This document shows, piece after piece, positions 10,703 to 19,583 of a DNA stretch of 64,000 nt. Numbering within the stretch: position 1 is the first letter of the stretch; each line of letters opens with the position of its first letter. Source of the DNA: an uncultured Flavobacteriales bacterium (GTDB lineage Bacteria; Bacteroidota; Bacteroidia; Flavobacteriales_D; Sanyastnellaceae); NCBI GenBank assembly GCA_937974555.1, contig CALJKR010000073.1, forward strand, positions 35,118-99,117. Direction: 5' to 3'. The notes under the pieces are model-generated. The model saw only the letters and a program-made list of their open reading frames with translations, was not told the DNA's origin and made no database searches. Position numbers and translations under genes: made by a program.

Positions 10703-11781
10703 TTTTTTTTGGAGAACCAGAAAAGAGAACCAGAAGAAAGTGTTGTAACTGAAAAGACGACTATAAAACTGATATTGGGTGTGTCTTTTGGCATTAAAAA
10801 AGTTAGAACAATCATTCCAATAGTGAAGGCGTATAGAATCAAGCATACTTGCTGATGGCTGAATCCCATATTCAGAAGTTTGTGGTGAATGTGGTTTTTA
10901 TCTGCTTTAAAAGGGGATTGCCGATTGGCAATTCGCACAGTAAAGGCCCGCAAAGTATCCATCAAGGGATAAGATAAAATTGCGATAACCAATACGGGTT
11001 TTGAAACATGTTGGACAAAGCCATTCAGTCTGCTAGGAGGGAATTCAATCAATTTCATGGCCAAGACATAAAGCACCATCCCCAAAATCAGAGATCCCGA
11101 ATCACCCATAAAAATCTTGGCAGGTTGAAAATTAAAGACCAAGAAACCAATCAATGCACCCGCAAGACTAATGGCCAATAGTGCCAAAGGCAAATCGCCA
11201 GTAGTATAAAACCAATAGGCAAAAGTTAGAGAGGCAATGACACCAATACCTCCTGCTAATCCATCCACACCATCAATCAGATTCATGGCATTGACAATGA
11301 CGATGTAAGTGAAAAGGCTCAAAGCTATGCTCAACCAATAAGGCAAATCGTTGACTTCAAACAATCCCCAAAAGCTCGTAATGCGGATATCTGCCAAGTA
11401 GACCAATATGATCCCAACCAAGGCGTGGACATAGAGTTTTTTGTTGGGCGACACACCAATGATGTCGTCTTTTAGTCCCAAAAAGAAGAGGACGAACATC
11501 GAAGCTACCAAATATTTGAATTCATTCAGGGCAGACAATGGATCGTAGTTGTGGCCCATCATCCAAGTTTCCTTGGATGGAAATAAAAGACAATATGCGA
11601 AAAGCGTTCCTGCAAAAATCATGATGCCCCCAATGGTGGGGACGCTGCGGTTGTGCAATTTGCGCTGATCTCCAGGCTCATCAACCAAGTGTTTTAATTT
11701 GGCTACCTTGATGAGAGATGGCATGGCAATCATCACCAATAGGAATGCTGTGAAGAAAGCAAGAATGAGGTCCAGTAACAA
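10699..11781 (-). CDS. MraY/WecA-family polyprenyl-phosphate N-acetylhexosamine-1-phosphate transferase (GT4 family)
   Basis: 360 aa polytopic membrane protein with motifs VDEPGDQRKLH..PTIGG, NAMNLIDGVDGLAGG and FMGDSGS, typical of WecA/MraY enzymes. The annotated start is TTG, so the exact start is uncertain. Confidence 0.8.
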   Translation of the reverse strand: MLLDLILAFFTAFLLVMIAMPSLIKVAKLKHLVDEPGDQRKLHNRSVPTIGGIMIFAGTLFAYCLLFPSKETWMMGHNYDPLSALNEFKYLVASMFVLFFLGLKDDIIGVSPNKKLYVHALVGIILVYLADIRITSFWGLFEVNDLPYWLSIALSLFTYIVIVNAMNLIDGVDGLAGGIGVIASLTFAYWFYTTGDLPLALLAISLAGALIGFLVFNFQPAKIFMGDSGSLILGMVLYVLAMKLIEFPPSRLNGFVQHVSKPVLVIAILSYPLMDTLRAFTVRIANRQSPFKADKNHIHHKLLNMGFSHQQVCLILYAFTIGMIVLTFLMPKDTPNISFIVVFSVTTLSSGSLFWFSKKN

Positions 11782-11820
11782 AGTTTTCGGTTTTGGTTAT
11801 GTGAATATAACCCTAAATCT

Positions 11821-13374
11821 TTAAAAGTCGAAGTAACGAGAGGAAATGTCGCAGCTAAAGCGCAAAGTAATCAGTTGGGCGTCCCAATGTTCAATCTTGG
11901 GGTTGCCAAAATATACGATGTAATTTCGCGTATCGTGACGTTGTAAAAATCCCAAATAAAGGCATGTTCGGGTGTGGGGATGAATGAGATAACCTATTTC
12001 TGCTTGTAGCTGCTGAAGCAAACGATATCCGGTTACATCCGCACTTGTAAGGGCATAGGGATTGGAACCATGACCCATGCTTTGATTCAATTGGTTGTAA
12101 TGCCCATCCAAGAGCCAGCGATTAAAGCGATAATGAATTCGGGTTATCCATTCTTCACTATTTCCAAAATGGATCAATCCGAGGGATTGATTTTGTTGGG
12201 AGTATCCCAACCAATTTTGTTCAGGATGATTGTATAAGGATGCTTGGGTTGAGTTGTATTCTATACGTACATCAAAGTTCTTAACCCCGATATCTGTGAA
12301 GAGAGCTCCCATCTGAAAACCACTGCTACTTCCACCATGGGCCGTGACGAGATATTGTCCGTAAAACGTGGTTTTTGAAGATAGATTCCATTTCAAATTC
12401 AAACCGTATAAGGAAAGGTTTGCGCTGTCTTTTTGGGCCATCCATCCGCGAAGACCAATAACGGGAATATAACTGTGTAGCGGAGGGGCCTCCGTCCCGT
12501 GAGGAGTCCAACGCTGATCGATGCATGCCTCCATGATTCCAATTTCCAAAGTTGGGGTTGGCAAAAAAACCAAATAATTCCAGAGACCTGTTTTTCTTCT
12601 AAACAATGATTCCCCGGTATCCCCCAAAGGCAAACGGATTTGCTCTTGTAAAATAGCAGCTGTGGTGTGGTATTGCCATTTGGATTTCATTACATTGAGT
12701 CGTACCATGGGATAGGACATCGCCGCGTCTGACAAAAGCAAGGACCGATAACCATTGCCAATCATTTGTTTACCATAGCCTACTTGCACGGACCACCATG
12801 ATTTGGGAGAATAAGACAGCCAACTTTGAGAGACACCATAGTCGTAACCCACTTTGTTGAATGGCTTATGTCGACCCATACCTGGGATAACGCCCAATGT
12901 GGTAGCGATGGTGTCTTGGTAGTACGGAAGAACACTTTGTGACTCAATGAATAAAGATTGAAATTCAAACGCTTTTCCCAATTTGCCTTGTAATAAAGCA
13001 CCACGACTATTTAAATACAGCTTTGAATGACTCGCGTTGTAGTTTGGGTTGATTTGGTCTTTGTAGAATTCAAATTGAAACAAAGGATCCACCGTAATGT
13101 GCGCATCGTCTTTTTTGTATTCCAAAAGATGGTCTCTGAAGAAAAGACGACTTAAGGTAGAGTAATACTTGGCTGAATCTCTCACTTCACCCGTTAGCTT
13201 TCTGTAATTGATTTCGGATTTTAATACAGGCTTAAAACTGGTAAATCCAGGATTCCCGTTGACATGTTCCACTCTTTCCAACTCTCTATTCCAATAATCC
13301 GATAGGGGCAGTATTTGGCCACTCAAAGAAGAGGAAATGGCGAGAATCAGAATCAGTAGAATTTTATGCATCAT
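11821..13374 (-). CDS. Predicted outer-membrane beta-barrel protein, possibly RemB-like (gliding/polysaccharide-associated)
   Basis: 517 aa with a signal peptide ([20 protein letters not shown]), alternating aromatic/Gly-rich strands and a C-terminal ...RYFDF ending in Phe, which is typical of OMPs. Its ATG overlaps the fcl stop (ATGA). The RemB assignment is from memory of Flavobacterium synteny near sprA and is unverified. Confidence 0.45.
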   Translation of the reverse strand: MMHKILLILILAISSSLSGQILPLSDYWNRELERVEHVNGNPGFTSFKPVLKSEINYRKLTGEVRDSAKYYSTLSRLFFRDHLLEYKKDDAHITVDPLFQFEFYKDQINPNYNASHSKLYLNSRGALLQGKLGKAFEFQSLFIESQSVLPYYQDTIATTLGVIPGMGRHKPFNKVGYDYGVSQSWLSYSPKSWWSVQVGYGKQMIGNGYRSLLLSDAAMSYPMVRLNVMKSKWQYHTTAAILQEQIRLPLGDTGESLFRRKTGLWNYLVFLPTPTLEIGIMEACIDQRWTPHGTEAPPLHSYIPVIGLRGWMAQKDSANLSLYGLNLKWNLSSKTTFYGQYLVTAHGGSSSGFQMGALFTDIGVKNFDVRIEYNSTQASLYNHPEQNWLGYSQQNQSLGLIHFGNSEEWITRIHYRFNRWLLDGHYNQLNQSMGHGSNPYALTSADVTGYRLLQQLQAEIGYLIHPHTRTCLYLGFLQRHDTRNYIVYFGNPKIEHWDAQLITLRFSCDISSRYFDF

Positions 13375-14300
13375 TTGTAGTTTTGTACAAATTCTTCGTA
13401 AACACTTTTTATTCCCTCATTCAATCCAATTTGATGCTTCCAACCCAAGGATTCTATTTTGTCGACATTCATCAGTTTACGCGGGGTGCCATCGGGCTTG
13501 CTTGTATTCCATACCAACTCACCCTCAAATCCAATGATGTCTTTTACCATTTCAGCTAGATCTTTAATGGACAAGTCATTTCCAGTTCCGACGTTCACAA
13601 AACCTTTGTCGTTGTATTGGAGCATCAAGAAATAGCAAGCATCAGCCAGATCATCCACGTGTAAAAACTCACGCAATGGCGCCCCTGTCCCCCAAACTTC
13701 TACTTGAGATTGATTGTGGATTTTGGCCTCGTGAAATTTTCTAATCAACGCAGGTAACACATGGGAGTTGTTCAAGTCGTAATTGTCATTGGGGCCATAA
13801 AGATTGGTGGGCATCGCCGAAATGAAATTGTCGCCATATTGATCTCTGTAGCTTTCGCACAATTTTATCCCAGCAATTTTGGCTATAGCATAGGGTTCAT
13901 TGGTGGATTCAAGTTCTCCCGTTAATAGGGCGTTTTCTGTTAAAGGCTGTGGAGCCATTTTGGGATAAATGCAAGATGAACCCAAGAACAATAATTTTTT
14001 TACTTGATGACAATGAGCGGCATGAATGACGTTGGCTTCAATCATGAGATTGTTGTACAAGAATTCTGCACGGTAAGTATTGTTGGCATGTATTCCACCT
14101 ACTTTGGCAGCAGCCAAAAACACGTAATCGGGTTTTTCAGTTTCAAAAAAGGAAGTCACTTCCTTTTGGTCCATCAAGTTTAATTCAGTGGATGTTCGTG
14201 TGATGATGTTCTGATATCCCTCTTTTATTAATTTTCTGACAATGGCAGAACCTACCATTCCACGGTGTCCTGCAACAAAAATTTTATCGTGTTTATTCAT
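13371..14300 (-). CDS. fcl: GDP-L-fucose synthase (GDP-4-keto-6-deoxy-D-mannose epimerase/reductase)
   Basis: N-terminus [24 protein letters not shown] (GxxGxxG) and the SSCIYP and YAIAK catalytic motifs typical of Fcl/WcaG. Start chosen at the ATG at 14300; 14309 is also possible. Confidence 0.88.
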   Translation of the reverse strand: MNKHDKIFVAGHRGMVGSAIVRKLIKEGYQNIITRTSTELNLMDQKEVTSFFETEKPDYVFLAAAKVGGIHANNTYRAEFLYNNLMIEANVIHAAHCHQVKKLLFLGSSCIYPKMAPQPLTENALLTGELESTNEPYAIAKIAGIKLCESYRDQYGDNFISAMPTNLYGPNDNYDLNNSHVLPALIRKFHEAKIHNQSQVEVWGTGAPLREFLHVDDLADACYFLMLQYNDKGFVNVGTGNDLSIKDLAEMVKDIIGFEGELVWNTSKPDGTPRKLMNVDKIESLGWKHQIGLNEGIKSVYEEFVQNYK

Positions 14301-15234
14301 TCCCTTCATTTTTTGGATCAAACGCACTTCTTAAGCCATTGCCAATATACATCAAAGCCAAAACGGTTAGCATGATGCATACGCCTGGCGCCAGCGCCAA
14401 ATATGCTTGATTGGTTGGTAGTAGGCTGTAATTTTCCCTAATCATATTTCCCCAACTGGGGGTGGGGATTTGAACCCCAAGTCCCAAAAAGCTCATTCCA
14501 CTTTCTATCAAAATGGCACTGGAAAAATTGGCACTTGAAATAACAATGATGGCGGGCCATAGGTTGGGTAATATTTGGCGAAAAAGGATTTTAAAGTCTG
14601 ACATGCCCATGGACCGGGCAGCTTCGATATATTCTTTTTCACGAATGCTTAAAACCTGCCCCCGAACCACACGAGCTACTTCTACCCACATGGTAAGGCC
14701 GATGGCAATAAATACTTTCCAAAAACCAGTACCAAATGCTAAAATAAAGGCCATAACAATCAACAAGCTGGGAATTGACCAAACGACATTGATGAACCAA
14801 GTGAGCATTGCATCCACACTTCCTTTGTAGTAGCCCGCTGCCAATCCGATGACAATGCCAACCAGGAGTGAAAGTAAAACGGCGATAAATCCCACCAATA
14901 AGCTGATTTGGGTGCCGGCCATAAGACGGGACAAGACATCACGACCCAAGCGATCGCTACCCAGAAGGAAAAAACGATGGTGATGTTCTTCTGTGCATTG
15001 CGCCATCTCACAAGGGGTATCGTCGTTGTGAACAACAACCCAGGTGAATGGAGGTAATTTGGCTAAGCCAACGGACTGGTGATTGGCATCTTCACTATGG
15101 TCTGGTCGGATGACTGGGCCAAGCATTGTTATTGAAATGAGTAGTGATATAAAAGACAACCCCAATAATGCAAGTCGGTCTTTTTTGAATTTTCTCCAAA
15201 AAATTAAGATTGATTCAGTGGTCGTCCTTTCCAT
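14293..15234 (-). CDS. ABC transporter permease, OppC/DppC-like (binding-protein-dependent transport inner-membrane component)
   Basis: 313 aa with an N-terminal OppC_N-like segment ([15 protein letters not shown]), six predicted TM helices and an EAA-like loop ([23 protein letters not shown]). No ATPase, partner permease or binding-protein gene is adjacent. Confidence 0.75.
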   Translation of the reverse strand: MERTTTESILIFWRKFKKDRLALLGLSFISLLISITMLGPVIRPDHSEDANHQSVGLAKLPPFTWVVVHNDDTPCEMAQCTEEHHHRFFLLGSDRLGRDVLSRLMAGTQISLLVGFIAVLLSLLVGIVIGLAAGYYKGSVDAMLTWFINVVWSIPSLLIVMAFILAFGTGFWKVFIAIGLTMWVEVARVVRGQVLSIREKEYIEAARSMGMSDFKILFRQILPNLWPAIIVISSANFSSAILIESGMSFLGLGVQIPTPSWGNMIRENYSLLPTNQAYLALAPGVCIMLTVLALMYIGNGLRSAFDPKNEGNE

Positions 15235-16259
15235 TCAATAGGGAAAATTACAATACCCACTCCGATGATTAAAACCCAAATCGGATAGGTTATTAAAAAG
15301 ACAATGGTGATTATAGGAAATTGTTTTCGGAGATCAGGGCGAATTGCAAAATATTCAGGTACCCATTTCATCATGAGCAAGCCTATTGCCAAAATCCCAG
15401 AGGTAAGGAAGGGAAGGGCAATCGCAGCCAGGTTGGCGGATAATGTGATCCAACCCAATTTTTTCATATCATGCAGGGGCATGTCTTTTGATTTTTGCGC
15501 CCATCGCATGCGTTGTTGAATCAAAGATCTCCAGTGGCTTTGTCCTTCAATTTGCACTTTATCTTGGGTGTCATGGAAGGTGATTCGTTTATTTTTCTCG
15601 CGAAAATAGGCCATTAAAAATTGATCATCGCCGCTGGCGATTTCTTCATGCCGCTCATATCCCCCCACCTCAATGAACGCTTTTCTCTTGAATCCCAAAA
15701 GTGCGCCGTTACAAAGTTGCGGTTGTCCTTTGTAACAAGACTTTGCCGTTAGATATTGGAAAATGGAGAACTCAAGGGCTTGCGTTTTAAAGATGAAATC
15801 ATGAGATCCAGGCATGTGCAATGAAAAGATAATCATGTCACTGCTCCAATCTGCGCAATACAATGAGGAAGTCCAATCGTTTGAGAGTTGAACATCTGCA
15901 TCCATGGTGATAATCCAAGGGGTATGCGCCATCTCTATTCCCGTTCGCAACGCTATTTTTTTTCCTTCTCCTTTGGATTGCAGAACTTGTGTCTGAAGAT
16001 TTAAATGGGGTTTGATTTTGTCTAAACTGTCATCTTCACTGTGATCATTGACCAAAATAATTCTCCAGCGGTCAGGCAAATGCGCTTGAAGTTTTTTAAG
16101 TAGTGCCGGTATTTGCTCGGATTCATTTCTAAAAGGAATGATGATGGTGCAATCCGGGATATACTGATATCCTTCCAACTTGGGTGGCACGGTTTGGTGC
16201 CATTTCATCCACTGGATAAAATAGAGAATCAGAATGATGATGCACAGCGTCAGAAGCAT
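15204..16259 (-). CDS. Family 2 glycosyltransferase with C-terminal membrane segments
   Basis: 351 aa. An N-terminal TM helix is followed by a GT2 core ([21 protein letters not shown] motif in [13 protein letters not shown] = QxxRW-like). Confidence 0.75.
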   Translation of the reverse strand: MLLTLCIIILILYFIQWMKWHQTVPPKLEGYQYIPDCTIIIPFRNESEQIPALLKKLQAHLPDRWRIILVNDHSEDDSLDKIKPHLNLQTQVLQSKGEGKKIALRTGIEMAHTPWIITMDADVQLSNDWTSSLYCADWSSDMIIFSLHMPGSHDFIFKTQALEFSIFQYLTAKSCYKGQPQLCNGALLGFKRKAFIEVGGYERHEEIASGDDQFLMAYFREKNKRITFHDTQDKVQIEGQSHWRSLIQQRMRWAQKSKDMPLHDMKKLGWITLSANLAAIALPFLTSGILAIGLLMMKWVPEYFAIRPDLRKQFPIITIVFLITYPIWVLIIGVGIVIFPIEWKGRPLNQS

Positions 16260-16267
16260 TATTTTTG
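16260..16267 (+). promoter_or_regulatory. Possible -7 promoter element (TATTTTTG) upstream of ruvC
   Basis: Exact TAnnTTTG match, but only 9 nt before the ATG at 16277, which would imply a near-leaderless transcript. Weak call. Confidence 0.25.
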
Positions 16268-16276
16268 ATTCATTGG

Positions 16277-16840
16277 ATGAATAAGGAACGCGTCATATTG
16301 GGGATAGATCCGGGAACCTCTATTTTGGGGTACGGGATTATCGAAGTCAAAGGTAAGCAAATGAAGTTGTTGGCATTGGGCGTTGTTCGCTTGGACAAGA
16401 TTGACGATCATGCGCTGAAGTTGAAAAAGATATTTGAGCGATGTGTGGAGTTGATAGACGGTTTTCATCCAGATGAGTTGGCGATTGAAGCACCTTTTTT
16501 TGGGAAAAATGTTCAAAGTATGTTGAAACTAGGACGTGCCCAGGGGGTTGCCATCGCGGCAGCCTTGAGCAGACAATTATCCGTTTGTGAATACGCGCCC
16601 AGAAAAATAAAACAGAGCATCACTGGAAATGGAAATGCCAGTAAAGAGCAAGTGGCAGCCATGATTCAACGACTTCTTAAAATCGAAGACAAAGACATGC
16701 CAGAGAAAATGGATGCCACCGATGGATTGGCTGCGGCAGTTTGTCATTTTTACCAAACCTCCAATCCATTATTGGGAGCCAAGTCCAATTCTTGGAAGTC
16801 TTTTATCTCTCAGAATCCCGACCGAATCATTAAAAAATAA
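16277..16840 (+). CDS. ruvC: Crossover junction endodeoxyribonuclease RuvC
   Basis: Starts [20 protein letters not shown] (catalytic Asp in GIDPG), with [20 protein letters not shown] further on. I prefer the ATG at 16277 over the TTG at 16265. Confidence 0.9.
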   Translation: MNKERVILGIDPGTSILGYGIIEVKGKQMKLLALGVVRLDKIDDHALKLKKIFERCVELIDGFHPDELAIEAPFFGKNVQSMLKLGRAQGVAIAAALSRQLSVCEYAPRKIKQSITGNGNASKEQVAAMIQRLLKIEDKDMPEKMDATDGLAAAVCHFYQTSNPLLGAKSNSWKSFISQNPDRIIKK

Positions 16841-18397
16841 TTATTCGATAATCAACGATTGAACCTCTACGGCCCCCGTTTTCTTGTTTAGAAACTGCAC
16901 ATGATAAAGGCCTTGAGGAAGGGCTTGTAAATCCAATTGTCCTTGGTTAATTCCACCGTGCATCCGCCAAACATCTTCCTTCACCAATTGTCCTTGGTTA
17001 TTGAAAATCCTGACCACTTGCTGAGACGACAACGCTTGGAAACTGGTCCAGTAAAATTGACCTGTACTGGGATTGGGATAAAAATCCCATGTGGATTCCG
17101 GTGTTGGACCATTCTCTATGACACCGGTATTGTGTTGGACGATGATGTTTTCATCACCGGGCAGATAGTAAGTATAGAGGTAAAAAACTACCATCATTTC
17201 ATCTGTCGTTTCTTCTCCCCACATCACCAATTGCGGTGGAAACGAAGGTTGGTTGGGGTTATTTACGGTATTGTCATAAGTCGCAACCGCTTTGAGTTGC
17301 GCACCCATGGGAACTTTGATGAGTTGGGGATAATCATAGCCCAATTGCCAATGAAAATCCCAATTGGGAATGTCGATCAAAGGAATGGTATCTCCAGCAT
17401 TTAGGGCAAAACTGCGAATACTTTTTCCGATCAAATGCATATGAGGTGTGATACCAATGAGCGAGACGTTGGTAGGCACGTTGTAGGTAGCATGAAAAGT
17501 TTGCTGGGTATTGGCTGGAATGATCAACGCGGGTTCATCCAAAGTAGCAGGATCATGGGTCAAAATGGGATTGTACCAAGCCTCACGTGGGGAAGGATCT
17601 TGGGTGTGTTGGATGTTCACGATGGTCTGATCTTGTTGACCATTGGAACCAGCGGGATAGTGCATTTCAACCAAAAAATGTCCACCTGCAGATGCGCGAA
17701 TACCAAATCCAAATGGTAGAAATTGTGGCCCTTTTCCAGGAACCCAAGCTCCGACAAAATAGGCATCAGTCGGAATACCACCACCTGTTCCGTTGGTCTG
17801 AAAACCAGGCATTCCATCGGCTCCATCCAAGGACAAGCATGCATCGGTAGGGTCGTAATAAATAACAACGTGATGCACAATGTCGCTGTTGCCAGGAATG
17901 ATTTCTATCCCATCAATGAAAGTGTCGGTGGTATAATTGGGACTCAATACAAAGGTTCTGTAGTAATCACTACCAACGGCCAAACTGGTATTCAAAGGAG
18001 TTGTTCCTGTAAAATCTATTTGATTCAGTTGACTTGAATTGTTGTAAACAGGAGGAGCGGGAGCCAGACTCAAATCACCACTGGGTGCGCCACCAACAAC
18101 CCAATCCGTGATGTTCTGTTTTTGCACATCACTCAACACATTTTCATTCATGAAATGTCTGTAGTTGGTATTGGCAGGATATGGAGGCATATAGCCCGTT
18201 GAAATAGCGGATAGGATGCTTGCGCTACTGTTGTAGGCATCATCATAGGTCATCAAGCTAGATGGTCCGATGCCCCCGGGATGGTGGCATTGGGTGCAAT
18301 GGTCAAACAAAATGGGAGCAATATCTTGACTCCAGTTTTGAGCAAAGATCCCAGTGCTGGTCAAAACGACCCACAAAGCAAATATGTATTTTTTCAT
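16841..18397 (-). CDS. Secreted cytochrome-c-like + PHM/DBH-type copper monooxygenase-like protein with a T9SS type-A C-terminal sorting domain
   Basis: Signal peptide MKKYIFALWVVLTSTGIFAQ. CTQCH heme-c motif (nt 18284..18298) followed by GYMPP. Copper-ligand pattern HH (DIVHHVVIYY), H (LVEMHYP), HxH (TPHMHLIG) and M (TDEMMVVF). C-terminal FYPNPSTGQF...LIIE is a T9SS CTD. The ATG at 18397 forms TAATG with the upstream stop; the TTG at 18421 is less likely. Confidence 0.7.
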   Translation of the reverse strand: MKKYIFALWVVLTSTGIFAQNWSQDIAPILFDHCTQCHHPGGIGPSSLMTYDDAYNSSASILSAISTGYMPPYPANTNYRHFMNENVLSDVQKQNITDWVVGGAPSGDLSLAPAPPVYNNSSQLNQIDFTGTTPLNTSLAVGSDYYRTFVLSPNYTTDTFIDGIEIIPGNSDIVHHVVIYYDPTDACLSLDGADGMPGFQTNGTGGGIPTDAYFVGAWVPGKGPQFLPFGFGIRASAGGHFLVEMHYPAGSNGQQDQTIVNIQHTQDPSPREAWYNPILTHDPATLDEPALIIPANTQQTFHATYNVPTNVSLIGITPHMHLIGKSIRSFALNAGDTIPLIDIPNWDFHWQLGYDYPQLIKVPMGAQLKAVATYDNTVNNPNQPSFPPQLVMWGEETTDEMMVVFYLYTYYLPGDENIIVQHNTGVIENGPTPESTWDFYPNPSTGQFYWTSFQALSSQQVVRIFNNQGQLVKEDVWRMHGGINQGQLDLQALPQGLYHVQFLNKKTGAVEVQSLIIE

Positions 18398-18687
18398 TAC
18401 CAAAAGATTTTTTTGTACCAAGGCAATCGATTGGCATTGCCCGTTTTATTCGATTTTTTACGACTTTCCTTCATCCGCTTTTTGGTGGCTTTGTCTTGAA
18501 TAGCGGCGTGCTTGTCTTGCCTCATTTTGTACTCCTCTTCCTTTCTTCTTCTATTCTCTTTTTGCTTGTTGGCGCCATCCTCTGGCGTTACTACGTTGGT
18601 TTGACGCGGGGGCTTGTTTTGGGCAGCACTCTCTTGCGCACCCAAAATCGCGAAGCAAAAAACCAAAGCACTCAATATTCTTTTCAT
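18397..18687 (-). CDS. Small secreted, highly basic Lys/Arg/Glu-rich protein (hypothetical)
   Basis: 96 aa with signal peptide MKRILSALVFCFAILGAQESAAQ. The mature ~73 aa are K/R/E-rich and end in WYKKIFW. Its ATG overlaps the upstream stop (ATGA) and its stop overlaps the downstream ATG (TAATG). Confidence 0.55.
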   Translation of the reverse strand: MKRILSALVFCFAILGAQESAAQNKPPRQTNVVTPEDGANKQKENRRRKEEEYKMRQDKHAAIQDKATKKRMKESRKKSNKTGNANRLPWYKKIFW

Positions 18688-19583
18688 CTAAACTGGTATT
18701 CGTATTTGTGAATCGTAATCATCTGACTACTGATGTCTTGATGCAAGATAGCTTTAACCAATGAGGCATTTTGATAGAGTACTTCGTATTCTTCAACAGG
18801 GGTATTGTTGATGAACTTCTTGGCAAAAATGACATTGCCTATTTTATCATATTCGTAGGTCACTTTCTCGATCTCTTGGCTTTGGTTGTCGGTTCGGATT
18901 ACCTCCATTACCCATCCTCTTTCATTGTATCGATAATTGGCCTCAATCATGCGTTTTGAAATCAAATATTCCTCTGTTTCTTTGATTAAAAAGCCTTGAT
19001 CATTTCGCTCGGTGGTAAAGGTGCTGTAGGTTAATCCGTAATTGTTGATGTTGTTTCTGACAACAAGGTTGGGTTTGGGGAATTGATATTCAAAAGAATT
19101 GGTTTCCACCAAAATCTCCCGCCGATCAGGACTATTGTTCCCTCCAACGATTTGTTTGGTATCTTGTCTAATTAGTTTTCCATTGCTGTCGTAAGCGTGG
19201 GTGGTAATGGTGGTTTCTTGAGCGTTTTTGGATTCGACCGTAAATAGTTGTCCGACATCATTTCTTTTAAACAAAATAGAGGTGGTGTCGCGTTCGTAAT
19301 TCTTGGGTGAGATGGTGGTTTTACTCTCTAAGATTCCGGTATTTCCAAACTTGTAAAGGATCTCTTGCTCCAGGTCATCAATGGGCCTTCCTGGCATTTT
19401 TACTAAAATGTTTTCTTGAATGCTCAGTATTTTATTTTCCCAAATAAAACTGCGGTTGAAGGTGATTGGATTTTCAAATGCCTTGCCTTCTTTGTTGTTG
19501 ACCATCTGCGCAAATCCTATTGCGGGAATTGCGAAAGAAAGTAGGCTTGCAAAGACGAAAGATCTGTGAAAGGAGTTGAGCAT
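18684..19583 (-). CDS. Secreted hypothetical protein with degenerate YD/RHS-like beta-hairpin repeats
   Basis: 299 aa with signal peptide [26 protein letters not shown]. It has recurring YxYDxxGxx-type motifs (HAYDSNGKLIRQ, NYRYNERGWVME, TYEYDKIGNVIF). Confidence 0.55.
   Translation of the reverse strand: MLNSFHRSFVFASLLSFAIPAIGFAQMVNNKEGKAFENPITFNRSFIWENKILSIQENILVKMPGRPIDDLEQEILYKFGNTGILESKTTISPKNYERDTTSILFKRNDVGQLFTVESKNAQETTITTHAYDSNGKLIRQDTKQIVGGNNSPDRREILVETNSFEYQFPKPNLVVRNNINNYGLTYSTFTTERNDQGFLIKETEEYLISKRMIEANYRYNERGWVMEVIRTDNQSQEIEKVTYEYDKIGNVIFAKKFINNTPVEEYEVLYQNASLVKAILHQDISSQMITIHKYEYQFR

Noticed and set aside
18262-18711. 149-aa plus-strand ORF opposite the 96-aa small-protein gene.
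   Set aside because: The minus-strand ORF has a clean signal peptide and ATGA/TAATG coupling to both neighbours. The plus-strand translation has no recognisable features and would sit antisense within a minus-strand operon.
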